Source: an uncultured delta proteobacterium
GTDB taxonomy: Bacteria > Desulfobacterota > Binatia > UBA9968
Assembly: GCA_963745035.1 (NCBI GenBank)
Contig: CAVUVW010000013.1
Coordinates: 192,001 to 256,000 of the forward strand
DNA length: 64,000 nt
Reading direction: 5' to 3'
The notes below the pieces were generated by a model. That model saw only the letters and a program-made list of their open reading frames with translations. It was not told the origin of the DNA and ran no database searches. Of the stretch, positions 19,295 to 28,949 are shown one piece after another (position 1 is the first letter of the stretch; each line of letters starts with the position of its first letter). A program made the translations under genes and the position numbers.

Positions 19295-19577
19295 TAGAGA
19301 CAATCCACGAAAAGGTCCCAGAAAAGGCCGGTTTCTGGGGGAGAAAGCGACCATCGACATTTCGAAAGCTCGACAGGCGTTATTTTCCCGACAGATTTCA
19401 CCTACAGCCGGCAGCGAATTCGCTGACTGCTTGCGTGGAGGTCATTTCCCCAGCCGAACCGCGCCGACCGAAGCAATCGGCGCCACTTTCACCATGTCCG
19501 CTGATCCACTCGTGCTGTAAGTGCCCTTGCAAAGCGCGCCGACGCGGGAGTACAAAAAGTCGCACCGATAAGGAGGA

Positions 19578-20579
19578 GTGATGAAGCAAGCGATCGTTCG
19601 CGGCAGCGTCTTCGCGTTGATCGTCTACGTGATGATTGCGCCAGTAGAGTCAATAGCGGCCTCCGCTCCGTACAAAGTGGTCTACACTTTCGGCGGTTTG
19701 AACGAACGCAGCGGCATACTGTGGGTGGCGCGGGACGCGGGGATTTTTCAGAAGTACGGCATCGATCCGACCATCGTCAACGTGCGCAACGCGCAGGTCG
19801 GCATGTCGGCGCTGGCCGGGGGCGAAACCCATTTCCACGTCGGTTCGGCGACCGGAACTTCCATCGGCGCGATGGCGGGCGGGCTTGATCTGGCTTACAT
19901 TGCCGGCTTGATCAACAAGCTCGACGGCACGTTTATGGTCAGTCCGAGCATCAAGAGTCCCGCAGATCTAAAGGGGAAGAAAATCGGCGTGCAGAGCATC
20001 GGCGGTGGGGTGTGGATGTTTTCGATGCTTGCGCTCGAGCATTGGGGGCTCAATCCGGAGCGGGACAACATTCAATTCCGCATCATCGGCGATCAGTCGG
20101 TGCTGGCGCAGGCGATCACGCAGAATATCATCGACGGCGGCTATCTCGGTTACTCCTACGGCGCGCTACTGGAGCGACAGGGCTACCGCATGCTCGCGGA
20201 TTTGATGAAGCTGGGCATTCCCTACCAGGGGCTCGGCATGATCGCCAAACGCAGTCTGATCGACCGCACGCCGGAGATTCCCGAGCGCACATTGCGCGCG
20301 ATGGTCGAGGCGATCGCGTATACCAACAACCCCGCCAACAAGGCCGCCGTGGTGAAAACTCTCACGAGAGAGCTGCGTCTATCGAAGGTCGAGGATGCGC
20401 AGGCGGGCTACGAAGTGATGCGGACGCTTTTCGACAAAAAGATCTATCCGAACGCTGACGGACTGCGCAATGTGGTGCGGTTGCTCGGCAAAAGCAGCGA
20501 GCCGATCCGCAAGCTCAAGGTCGAAGACATCATCGACGACCGGATTGTGCGAAAGCTGGAGAAAGAAGGACTTTTCTAG
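19578..20579 (+). CDS. ABC substrate-binding protein, NMT1/TauA/SsuA-like
   Basis: Signal peptide; GIFQKYG, DLKGKKIGV; RBS AAGGAGG. Confidence 0.88.
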   Translation: MMKQAIVRGSVFALIVYVMIAPVESIAASAPYKVVYTFGGLNERSGILWVARDAGIFQKYGIDPTIVNVRNAQVGMSALAGGETHFHVGSATGTSIGAMAGGLDLAYIAGLINKLDGTFMVSPSIKSPADLKGKKIGVQSIGGGVWMFSMLALEHWGLNPERDNIQFRIIGDQSVLAQAITQNIIDGGYLGYSYGALLERQGYRMLADLMKLGIPYQGLGMIAKRSLIDRTPEIPERTLRAMVEAIAYTNNPANKAAVVKTLTRELRLSKVEDAQAGYEVMRTLFDKKIYPNADGLRNVVRLLGKSSEPIRKLKVEDIIDDRIVRKLEKEGLF

Positions 20580-20583
20580 GGAC

Positions 20584-20651
20584 TGGAGAACTGAAGTGAT
20601 GGAGTAATGGAGTGATGCTAAACCCAGATCCCAGTACTTCAACACTCCATT
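20584..20651. repeat. palindromic array of 8-nt units (TGGAGTAA/TGGAGTGA ... ACACTCCA)
   Basis: tggagaactgaagtgatggagtaatggagtgatg followed by complementary cagtacttcaacactccat. Confidence 0.6.
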
Positions 20652-20737
20652 GCCCGGCAATCTTGACGCTCTGACATTGATGGTGGTAGACCTGCCGTAT
20701 AGCCGAATGGCAAAAGCGGAGCAAGGAGGAAAAGAGT

Positions 20738-21799
20738 ATGGCTGGCAACGGCAACAATGCGGGTTTTGAGGTTTTGATTTCTTCGGACTCTCACGTGATG
20801 GAGCCCTCGGAGATTTTGGCCGAGCGGGCGCCGCAGGCTTTCAGGGAAAAGGTGCCGCGGTTTCCAAAGTTGGAAGTCGGCAGTAGTTTTCAAACCCATC
20901 CGGGAGGATCGGACCCAACGCAGCGTATTAAGGAAATGGAAACCGACGGTCTTAGCGCCGAAGTGCTCTTCCCAACCTATCTGTTGCCCCACTTCGCGAT
21001 GGACGACGCGAAGCTCCAGGAAGTCTCCTTCCGGGCCTACAACGACTGGTTGATTGAATATTGCAATGCCTCGCCGAAGCGCTTGATCGGGATCGCCGCG
21101 ATCTCCGTCTACGATATCGATGCGGCTGTAAAGGAACTCGAGCGCTGTGCCAAGGCCGGCATAAAGGGCTCGATCATCTGGCAGGCGCCGCACCCGGATT
21201 TGCCGTTTCACTCGGAACACTACAACAAGTTCTGGGCGGCGTCACAGGACTTGGCAATTCCCGTACATTTGCACATTCTGACCGGACACGGTTACCACAA
21301 GGAGTCCGTGTTCGGGAATAAGCGGACCGGAGTTGAAGCTTATCGGGGCAGCGTCAATCTGAAGCTCAAGGAGATTATCGACGCGTATTTCGAATTGATC
21401 TTTTACGGTGTGTTCGAGCGCTATCCCAAGTTAAGATTCGTCAGCGTCGAGAACGAGATCGGCTGGATGCCGTTCATGCTGCAGCAGTGGGATTACTACT
21501 ACAACCGTTTCAAGAAGGTGAACCCGCCGCCGTTTTCCAAGAATCCGAGCGAGTATTTCAAAACGCAGATCTTCGGGACGTTTTTTAGAGACACGGTGGC
21601 TGGGCACAATTTCGAGCATTGGGGACAAGACAATTGCATGTGGTCCAACGACTATCCGCACGGCAACTCGACCTGGCCGGATTCGAAGAAGTTCATCGAC
21701 CGCGATCTCGGCCATCTGCCGGCGGATATTCGCAAGAAACTGGTTTACACCAACGTGAAGAATCTCTACGACATCGATATTCCGCATCCCGTGCAGTAG
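20738..21799 (+). CDS. amidohydrolase_2 family protein
   Basis: SSDSHVME, AYNDW, PVHLH and WSNDYPH motifs. Confidence 0.9.
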   Translation: MAGNGNNAGFEVLISSDSHVMEPSEILAERAPQAFREKVPRFPKLEVGSSFQTHPGGSDPTQRIKEMETDGLSAEVLFPTYLLPHFAMDDAKLQEVSFRAYNDWLIEYCNASPKRLIGIAAISVYDIDAAVKELERCAKAGIKGSIIWQAPHPDLPFHSEHYNKFWAASQDLAIPVHLHILTGHGYHKESVFGNKRTGVEAYRGSVNLKLKEIIDAYFELIFYGVFERYPKLRFVSVENEIGWMPFMLQQWDYYYNRFKKVNPPPFSKNPSEYFKTQIFGTFFRDTVAGHNFEHWGQDNCMWSNDYPHGNSTWPDSKKFIDRDLGHLPADIRKKLVYTNVKNLYDIDIPHPVQ

Positions 21800-21943
21800 G
21801 GGCGGCAAATCGGTCGCATGACCCAATGGCGCGCTGGCGGACGAAAAATAGTCTGACAGCGCGCCTTTTTTTGGAGTTTCTGCAGACAGGGAACAGTCTA
21901 TTTTCACCACGAAGGACACGAAGAGCACGAAGGTCACGCATTC

Positions 21944-21972
21944 GTAGGAGCGGGTTTGAAACCCGCCCCTAC
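21944..21972. repeat. REP-like GTAG palindrome
   Basis: GTAGGAGCGGGTTT-G-AAACCCGCCCCTAC; preceded by 9-nt tandem units (CACGAAGGA/CACGAAGAG) at 21905-21933. Confidence 0.7.
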
Positions 21973-22025
21973 ATCTCGCGTCGTTGGTGGTGAACTGAAC
22001 GTTCGCGACTTAAATAGGAGGTTTT

Positions 22026-23775
22026 ATGCCTGCTCGCTACGGTTCCGATCTGGTTGTCGATCTGCTCAAAGTTCTCGGCATCGAATATGTTGCTCTTAAT
22101 CCCGGCTCGAGCTTTCGCGGCATTCACGATTCGCTGGTCAATTACGAAAGCGGCCGCACGCCTAACCCGGAAATGGTCCTTTGCTGCCACGAAGAGATCG
22201 CCGTGGCGGTGGCGCACGGTTACTTCAAAGCGACGGGCAAGATCATGCCGGCGATCGTGCACAACGTCGTCGGCCTGCAGCACGCGTCGATGGCGATCTA
22301 CAACGCGTGGTGCGACCACACCCCGGTGATGGTGATGGGCGGCACGGGTCCGATGAACTCGAGCAAACGGCGCCCGTGGATCGATTGGATCCATACGGCC
22401 CAGGTGCAGGGCAATCTGGTGCGCGACTTCGTGAAATGGGACGACCAGCCGGTGGGCATCGAGGCGTTTCCCTCCTCGATCATGCGCGGCTATAAGATCG
22501 CCATGAGCGATCCGGGCGGACCGGTCTATCTCTGCTTCGACGTGACCGATCAGGAAGCCGCCGATCGAAAAGGAAATTCCTTTGCCGGATCCGAAAAAAT
22601 TTCGTCCGGCGGCGCCGCTGCAAGCGGACTACGACGCCATCAAGGAAGCGGCAGAGCTGCTGGCAGCCGCGCAGAATCCGGTGATTCTGGCCGATTACGT
22701 CGGCCGCAACAACGATGCGGTGATGAGCCTGGTGGCTCTGGCCGATCTGCTGTCGATTCCCGTGGTCGATCTCGGCGCGCGGCTCAATTTTCCCAACACG
22801 CATGCGTTCAATCTCACCGGCAAAAATCGCGAGCTGATCGCCAATGCCGACGTCATCATGGGCCTGGACGTGACGGATCTTTATGGCGCCCTGGTGCGCT
22901 CGGATCCCAACACGCACGCCAACGTTCCGGCGACCAAACCCGGCTGCAAAGTGATCAATGTGTCCCTCAAGGACATCGTGGTGCGCAGCTGGACCAGTGA
23001 TTTTCAGGAATTGGCGCCGGTGGATGTGCCGATCGTCGCGAACACAAAAGTGTTTCTACCCGCTCTTGCCGAAGAGATCAGAAAGCAGGGGAAATTTTCC
23101 AAGAGCGTGGTCGAGGATCGGCGCAAAGCGCTGGCGGCGCAGCACGAGGAAATTCACGCGCGCTGGCAGGCCGATCTCAAGAAGCGCTGGGATGAAAAGC
23201 CGATTTCACCGCCGCGATTGGCCTGGGAAATCTGGGAAGCGCTCAAAAAAGAAGATTGGCTGCTGGTCGCGGGCGCTTTTCGGGGCTGGCCGAGCCGACT
23301 ATGGACCTGGGACAAGCCCGGGCTGTTTCTCGGCGGCTACGGCGGCGGCGGTTTGGGCTACGGTCCGGCGGCATCCGTAGGCGCGTCGCTGCCTTATCGC
23401 GGCACCGGCAAAATTTGCGTCAACCTGCAGCGCGACGGGGAGATGCTCTACACGCCGAGCGCCATGTGGACGGCGGCCAACATGGGCGTGCCGCTTTTGA
23501 CCGTCATGACCAACAACCGGGTTTACTATAATGACGTCGAGCATCAGGAAAAGGTTGCGATCCACCGCAGCCGGCCGGTGGAGAACAAGCTTGTCGGCAT
23601 GGAGATGGCGAAGCCTGCGGTGGACTTCGGTAATCTTGCGCGCTCCTTCAGTCTGCACGGTGAGGGACCGATCACCGAGCCGGAAAAGATTCGGCCCGCG
23701 GTCGAGCGCGCGATCAAGGTCATCAAAGAGGAAAAGCGGCCAGCGCTGGTCGATGTGTACATGCAGATGGTATAA
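22026..23775 (+). CDS. thiamine diphosphate-dependent enzyme, ALS/benzoylformate decarboxylase-like (frameshift near 22560)
   Basis: NPGSSFRG, CCHEEIAV; C-terminal RDGEMLY...TNN ThDP motif. Confidence 0.87.
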
Positions 23776-23846
23776 CCCGGAATGCTAGTTCAAAACGTTC
23801 AAGCCGTTCAAATCGTTCCAATCGTCTCAGGACAGGGAGGCGGTTC

Positions 23847-24851
23847 ATGACTCGATACAAGCTCCTCTTCGCGGCACTGTTTGGCGTGCTCTGCGTGCTT
23901 TTTGCGCAACCCGGTTTTTCTCAGCAAAAACCGCTTAAGAAAATTCGCGTCGGCGTGCCGTCGGTCGGCATGGGCAACATCATCACCTTCGTCATCAAAG
24001 AAGGTAAGCTGTTGGAGAAGTACGGGCTGGAGGGTGAAGTGATCACGGTGATGGGGTCGGGCATCGGCTCAAAGGCGCTGATCAGCGGCAATTTGGACAT
24101 TATTCCGATCGCCACGCCGACGGTCATCGCGGCCAATCTCGCCGGTGCCGATATGGCGATCCTGGCGCACACCATGCCCGCGGTGGTTCATGCTTTGATG
24201 GTGCGGCCTGAGATCAAACGACCGGAGGATTTGAAAGGCAAAAAGATCGGCGTCTCGAGCCTGGGGTCGCTCACGGATTTTTTGGTGCGCTCGATCGCTA
24301 AGAAAAAGGGCCTCAATCCGGATCGCGACATCACTCTGATCACAACCGGCGGCAGCGATACCGAGCGCGTCATGGCGCTCAAAGCCGGCGCCGTCGAGGC
24401 GACGGCGGTGTCTCATCCCGGCTATGGCTTAGCGCGGAAGATGGGCTACAGCATGCTTTGGGATTCGGCCAAGGAACTCGACTACCCGTGGATGGAAATC
24501 ACCACGCGCCGGGCCGCGATCAAAAGCGATCGGGAGCTGATCACGAACTACATGAAGGCGCACCTGGAAGGCATCGCGCTCTTCAAGACCAACCGTGATT
24601 TCGGCATCAAGGTCATCAAAAAGTACCTGAAAACGCCGGATGATGAGTTGGTCAGTGAATCTTACGACATCTTTTCAAAAATGTTTCTTCCCACGCCCTA
24701 TCCCAATCATCCGGGGATGAAAATCAGCTTCGAATACGTCGCGATGACACGCAACGATGTCTGGAGTCATAAGCCGGAGGAGTTTACCGATCCGAGCTTC
24801 GTCGCGGAACTGGATAAGAGCGGTTTTATTAAATCGCTGTACAGCAAGTAA
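23847..24851 (+). CDS. ABC substrate-binding protein, NMT1/TauA-like
   Basis: Signal peptide; EKYGL, DLKGKKIGVSSLGS; paralogue of 35367. Confidence 0.88.
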   Translation: MTRYKLLFAALFGVLCVLFAQPGFSQQKPLKKIRVGVPSVGMGNIITFVIKEGKLLEKYGLEGEVITVMGSGIGSKALISGNLDIIPIATPTVIAANLAGADMAILAHTMPAVVHALMVRPEIKRPEDLKGKKIGVSSLGSLTDFLVRSIAKKKGLNPDRDITLITTGGSDTERVMALKAGAVEATAVSHPGYGLARKMGYSMLWDSAKELDYPWMEITTRRAAIKSDRELITNYMKAHLEGIALFKTNRDFGIKVIKKYLKTPDDELVSESYDIFSKMFLPTPYPNHPGMKISFEYVAMTRNDVWSHKPEEFTDPSFVAELDKSGFIKSLYSK

Positions 24852-25119
24852 GTGCCGGTCGATGTAATCCTCTGATCGACCAATCGCTACGCCGATCGCC
24901 GCGGGCGGGAGAACGCGCAACTTGTTCTCGCGAACTCTTTTTGATCCTGTTTGTCTTTTTCAAAAGGTTTGAGGCCTTTGCCGCAATCATGAAAGCGCAG
25001 CACCGAACCTTTCGGGTTGCGGCAGAACAATAGTAAGATTTTAGCTCAAAGCTGCCCTCAACGGGTAATTTCTACCGGCATCTTCCATTACTACCGTGCC
25101 GTCGTTAGTTCGAAGTTCG

Positions 25120-25166
25120 TAACTCATTGATTCTTTCGCGGATTTTCTACTGGTCCGGCGGTTGCT
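25120..25166 (+). promoter_or_regulatory. IHF site plus sigma54 promoter
   Basis: AATCAATGAGTTA on the reverse strand (25120-25132) fits WATCAANNNNTTR; TGGTCCGGCGGTTGCT at 25151-25166. Confidence 0.7.
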
Positions 25167-25204
25167 CTAATGTCGGGTCAGGAGTTTGAGAGGAGGAAAG
25201 TATC

Positions 25205-25429
25205 ATGAGACCGATGGCCATACTGTTATTGCTAGGAAATTTGGTTCTGACCGGCTGCGAATTTGCTGCTGGAGCGGCTACCGGTGTTTTGGCTACCGGT
25301 GCCGGTTACGAAATTAATGCGAAGCGGCAGATGGATCGGCTGGAAGACGATTACCGTCGCGAACGAATTAGCCGGCGCGAATACGAACGGCGCAAGGATC
25401 AGCTCGAGCGCGGCTCGATCATTTACTAA
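25205..25429 (+). CDS. small hypothetical lipoprotein
   Basis: RBS GAGGAGG; lipobox LTGC; Gly/Ala-rich helix then charged ISRREYERRK tail. Confidence 0.75.
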   Translation: MRPMAILLLLGNLVLTGCEFAAGAATGVLATGAGYEINAKRQMDRLEDDYRRERISRREYERRKDQLERGSIIY

Positions 25430-25607
25430 ACGCCGGGCGAATACCTACGTCGAGTGGTGATTTTATCTTTGATCCAGGCGCTGTCTCGTGTGACCTCACA
25501 CGGGCGGCGCCTGGAAATTCAATCTGCGCTTGGGAACATTAAGGCCGGGTGGCTCGGGATGATCGAGTCCGGCGGTTCGGAGCGGCACGTCGCCGTCGAT
25601 TCAAATA

Positions 25608-25937
25608 TTACATTCCGGCTCGGTAAGCGAAAGATTGTTGCGGTGCTGCGCTGGCCATGGGTTCTCCCGACGCGGGCAGCAGCTTATGCCGCAGGATCGA
25701 GCTGGAGAGAAAATTATAATCGCAGTCATCGCAAACCAGCGCAGAGAGCGGTAGCTGCGCGGTGCACTGGGGACACTTCTTAAAGGCAAGAATGGCGAAG
25801 TCTTTCTTTTGGCCGCCTTCTTTGCGCGTCATCCGGACGATTAGAAGCGCGAAGATCAACACAATTAAGATGTAGTGAAGAATATCCGAGTTTTCGGCCA
25901 ACATAAGATTACTCCAGTTCTCCAGCATAGAATTCAT
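25608..25937 (-). CDS. small membrane protein with C4 zinc ribbon
   Basis: Hydrophobic YILIVLIFALLIV; KKCPQC...VCDDCDYNF. Confidence 0.7.
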   Translation of the reverse strand: MNSMLENWSNLMLAENSDILHYILIVLIFALLIVRMTRKEGGQKKDFAILAFKKCPQCTAQLPLSALVCDDCDYNFLSSSILRHKLLPASGEPMASAAPQQSFAYRAGM

Positions 25938-25950
25938 GAGAGCTCTCTAG

Positions 25951-25966
25951 AGCAACGCGAGTGCCT
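25951..25966 (-). promoter_or_regulatory. sigma54 promoter
   Basis: AGGCACTCGCGTTGCT on the minus strand. Confidence 0.65.
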
Positions 25967-26105
25967 TGAAGCACTGTCTATTCTTTGGGCAAAGACGGCC
26001 GGAATGTCCTGTAATGTGCTCAGCGCTGCGATGTGGGGCTGCCTCAATTACGCCGCGAGCAAAACGATCGGGTGATTTGGCCCGCAAAGAAAACACGGGA
26101 GCATT

Positions 26106-26753
26106 TTAGAAGGGCGTTCCGTCGAATACCCATCGATCTAGATTCTCGAAATATGCCCGCCGGAGCACCAGGCTCATCGCGACGGCGCGGGCGGCGCGCT
26201 CTTGTTTTTCCGCCGTGGTCGCGTATTTGACGAGGATTTCGAACGGGTAATTGCCGTGCTCCTCTTCGTCTTCGTGGATGCGTTGATAGGGTGCTGTCAC
26301 CCAACTCGGCACGGTGCCGGCGTTGAGACTCTTGGCGATCAAGTAATCGGCAACGCCTTCGCCGGCCATGGGAAAGGCCGCGATCCGCTCGACCGTGTCG
26401 GTCAGTCCTTCGAACGCATTGAACATGGCCATCTGCCCCGGCAGCGGTCGGTAATCGTACGGCGTTGCGCCTTTGCCACGCAGCGCTTCTTCGAGAAAGC
26501 CGGCATGCTCATATTCCTCGTGAGTCGCCTCTGCCAGAGTTTTCTTCACGTCGAGCTCGGGCGTGCTCTTCAACCATCCGCCGAAGATCTCGCCGGCGCG
26601 GATTTCATTGAACAAGCGGCTTTGCATGACTTTGATGCGCATCTCGTCGGTGGTGAGCGGGATGAAGCTGTACGCCGGCAGTTTGTCATCCAGGCTCCGG
26701 CAGAAGTCGGCGACCTGCTTCTCGATCGACTGGGCAAATGCGCGGCTATCCAT
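26106..26753 (-). CDS. ferritin-like diiron-carboxylate protein
   Basis: NEIRA...EEYEH...GEG...DEEEH paired E/ExxH pattern; RBS AAGGAG. Confidence 0.75.
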   Translation of the reverse strand: MDSRAFAQSIEKQVADFCRSLDDKLPAYSFIPLTTDEMRIKVMQSRLFNEIRAGEIFGGWLKSTPELDVKKTLAEATHEEYEHAGFLEEALRGKGATPYDYRPLPGQMAMFNAFEGLTDTVERIAAFPMAGEGVADYLIAKSLNAGTVPSWVTAPYQRIHEDEEEHGNYPFEILVKYATTAEKQERAARAVAMSLVLRRAYFENLDRWVFDGTPF

Positions 26754-26830
26754 GAACGCTCTCCTTGTTCCGCAATATCGGGACGGCAAGTTCTTTGGCT
26801 ATCAATTAGGGTGGGACCGGTCAAGGCGGC

Positions 26831-27700
26831 CTAACGCGAAGTGATCAGGACGACGCCGGCAACCATCAAAACCGCGCCCAGCACGATGCGCAGGTTGATG
26901 GTTTCCACCGCGCGCAAGAACAAGGCGCTGAAAAGCACCGTGAAAAGCGGCGTCGTATTGAGCAGCGGTATGATCACGGAAAGCTCGCCGCGCGCGAGCG
27001 CGATGAAGTTAGCCACCTGCGCTGCCGAAGCGACGAGCGCGGCGCAAAGGAAATAGACAAATCCCTCGCGCTTCATTTTCAATTGTTCTCCTCTGCCGGT
27101 CGCCAAGACGAAGCCGAGCAGCAGGATCAGGGAAACGGTCGTCACGACCGCCACGGCGACAAAGGGATCGGGAATGATGTGCAGCGCCTGCTTGCGAAGA
27201 CTCTGGGAGACCGCGGAAATGAGCGCCGCGCCGATCGGCAGCAGGGCGTATACGAGGTGCCATTGCTTGTCGCTTTCCTGTCTGCCCGAAATGAGCCAGA
27301 GGCTGGCGACGATGAGAATCGTGCCGAACAAGACCGACCAACCCGGCTCCTCGTGAAAGAAGATGACGGCGATCGCGCCGGCAAAGAGCGGCTCGATTCC
27401 GCGCAGCGGCCCGGCGCGAGCGACGCCGATGCGCGTGATGCCCTCGTAAAAAAGCGCCCGGGCAAACAGCGGCTGCATGCACCCGCTGATGAGATAGTAA
27501 ATCATCGCCGGCGAGGCGAGAAATTCGAGCGATGTGGTGGCGATGAGATACGTCCACATGCAGCTCACGGAAACCAGGTAGCTCACCAACATGGCGGCGA
27601 AAATATTTGATTTTCGCAGGCCGAAGCGGACCAGAACCGAATCCGTAGCCCAGCCGATGGCGGAGCTGATGGCGACGAGTTCAGCGAATAGAGGCGTCAA
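26831..27700 (-). CDS. DMT/EamA family transporter
   Basis: About ten hydrophobic segments in two repeats; TTPLFTVLFSALFL. Confidence 0.87.
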   Translation of the reverse strand: MTPLFAELVAISSAIGWATDSVLVRFGLRKSNIFAAMLVSYLVSVSCMWTYLIATTSLEFLASPAMIYYLISGCMQPLFARALFYEGITRIGVARAGPLRGIEPLFAGAIAVIFFHEEPGWSVLFGTILIVASLWLISGRQESDKQWHLVYALLPIGAALISAVSQSLRKQALHIIPDPFVAVAVVTTVSLILLLGFVLATGRGEQLKMKREGFVYFLCAALVASAAQVANFIALARGELSVIIPLLNTTPLFTVLFSALFLRAVETINLRIVLGAVLMVAGVVLITSR

Positions 27701-27864
27701 GTGCGGTTTTTTCCTCGGAGCTTTCAGATAAGCGAAGTGCGCGAAGATTTGCAACGCCACAGCGATCGCCGAGGATGTTGCAGCCGCCGATCAACCGGCT
27801 TGCGCTCAGGCGTGACGCCGTCCTAAGATCTCCGAGGTTTCAATATTTTGGTCGAGGAGGCTCT

Positions 27865-28305
27865 ATGGAAGAAAGGCAAGCGAAGGTCGTGCAGCTGAAA
27901 ACTCAGCTCGTCAAAGAGGGACATACGCGGGATCTGCTCGCCGAGACCGATTTAATGACCCTGCGGATCCATTGCTACGCGCCCGGCATCGGCGAAAACG
28001 CGCTGCACGCGCACACGAAAGAAGACCACATCTTCTTGGTCCTGCAGGGTACGGCGCAATTCAACACCGGTCGGGACGGTAAAGGCGTAATCAATGCAAC
28101 GAAGCATCAAGCGATCGTCCTACCCGCCGGCTGTTACTACCAGTTTCGCAACTCGGGCGTCGAACCGCTGGTGATGACGCGCATCGGCGCCGGCTCCGAT
28201 AAGGCGGATCAGCGCCTCAACCCGGACGGCTCGGCGATTCCGGGAAGGACCCACGAGCAGGGCGCCGCTAAGCCGGTGCTGATCGAAGGCGCGTTTTTCG
28301 AGTAA
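27865..28305 (+). CDS. cupin domain protein
   Basis: ENALHAHTKEDHIFLVLQG; LPAGCYYQFRN; RBS GAGGAGG. Confidence 0.85.
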   Translation: MEERQAKVVQLKTQLVKEGHTRDLLAETDLMTLRIHCYAPGIGENALHAHTKEDHIFLVLQGTAQFNTGRDGKGVINATKHQAIVLPAGCYYQFRNSGVEPLVMTRIGAGSDKADQRLNPDGSAIPGRTHEQGAAKPVLIEGAFFE

Positions 28306-28405
28306 CGATCAATCAAATTATCTGCACAAGGGAGGACGAGCCCGCGCGGGGGCGTGCGCGGGCTCGTTGAGGAGAGCTTCCCATTCGGGAAGTTCGCAGC
28401 ACAGC

Positions 28406-28615
28406 TTAGGCTATATCGCGCATATGAGAGAAGGTATGCCGCAACTTTCTTATCTCGGCATTGAACCAGCGCTGGCGCCGGCGATGGCGCGATAAATGGG
28501 ATTCGAGCATCGATTGAGGATACATCTTGGCGCCGCACTTTTCGCATTTGACAGCGCGTAGAACGTGGCGATCAATCGAAATTACTTTAGAGTTGGTTTT
28601 AGAGTCGGTGTTCAC
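28406..28615 (-). CDS. small basic protein with C2H2 zinc finger
   Basis: CEKC-GAKMYPQSMLES-H-LSR-H = C-x2-C-x12-H-x3-H; RBS GGAGG before GTG. Confidence 0.7.
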   Translation of the reverse strand: MNTDSKTNSKVISIDRHVLRAVKCEKCGAKMYPQSMLESHLSRHRRRQRWFNAEIRKLRHTFSHMRDIA

Positions 28616-28648
28616 TCTGGCCTCCGCGTACTCGTTACTCGTCGCTGC

Positions 28649-28664
28649 AGCAAGTCATGTGCCA
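28649..28664 (-). promoter_or_regulatory. sigma54 promoter
   Basis: TGGCACATGACTTGCT, full consensus; palindrome TGACAG-N7-CTGTCA upstream at 28747-28765. Confidence 0.8.
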
Positions 28665-28949
28665 GTGACCACGCTGTTGATCTCTGCAGGTGGACCGGCG
28701 AGTTTCTTTGATTTATAGCGGCAGTCACTGAGTTGAGCGGAATTTTTGACAGCGAGCGCCTGTCACTACCCTGCCATCGTTGACAGAATATCGGCGGTGA
28801 TCTCAATTTTCGGTATCAGGGAACATGGGTTGAGAATGTCCAGTCGCTTTCTTACTACCCCACCATGCGAAGAATCGAAGTAAGAAAACCACGATGACCG
28901 AATCATCGATGTCCGAGCTTGTCGCGGCGCTGGGAACTGTCAAGTTTGC

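Noticed and set aside
15471-19300. Integron cassette array
   Set aside because: No integron integrase and no recognisable attC (RYYYAAC...GTTRRRY) boundaries; junctions derive from coding sequence
20584-23825. CRISPR array
   Set aside because: Repeat units are 8-9 nt with no unique spacers and no cas genes
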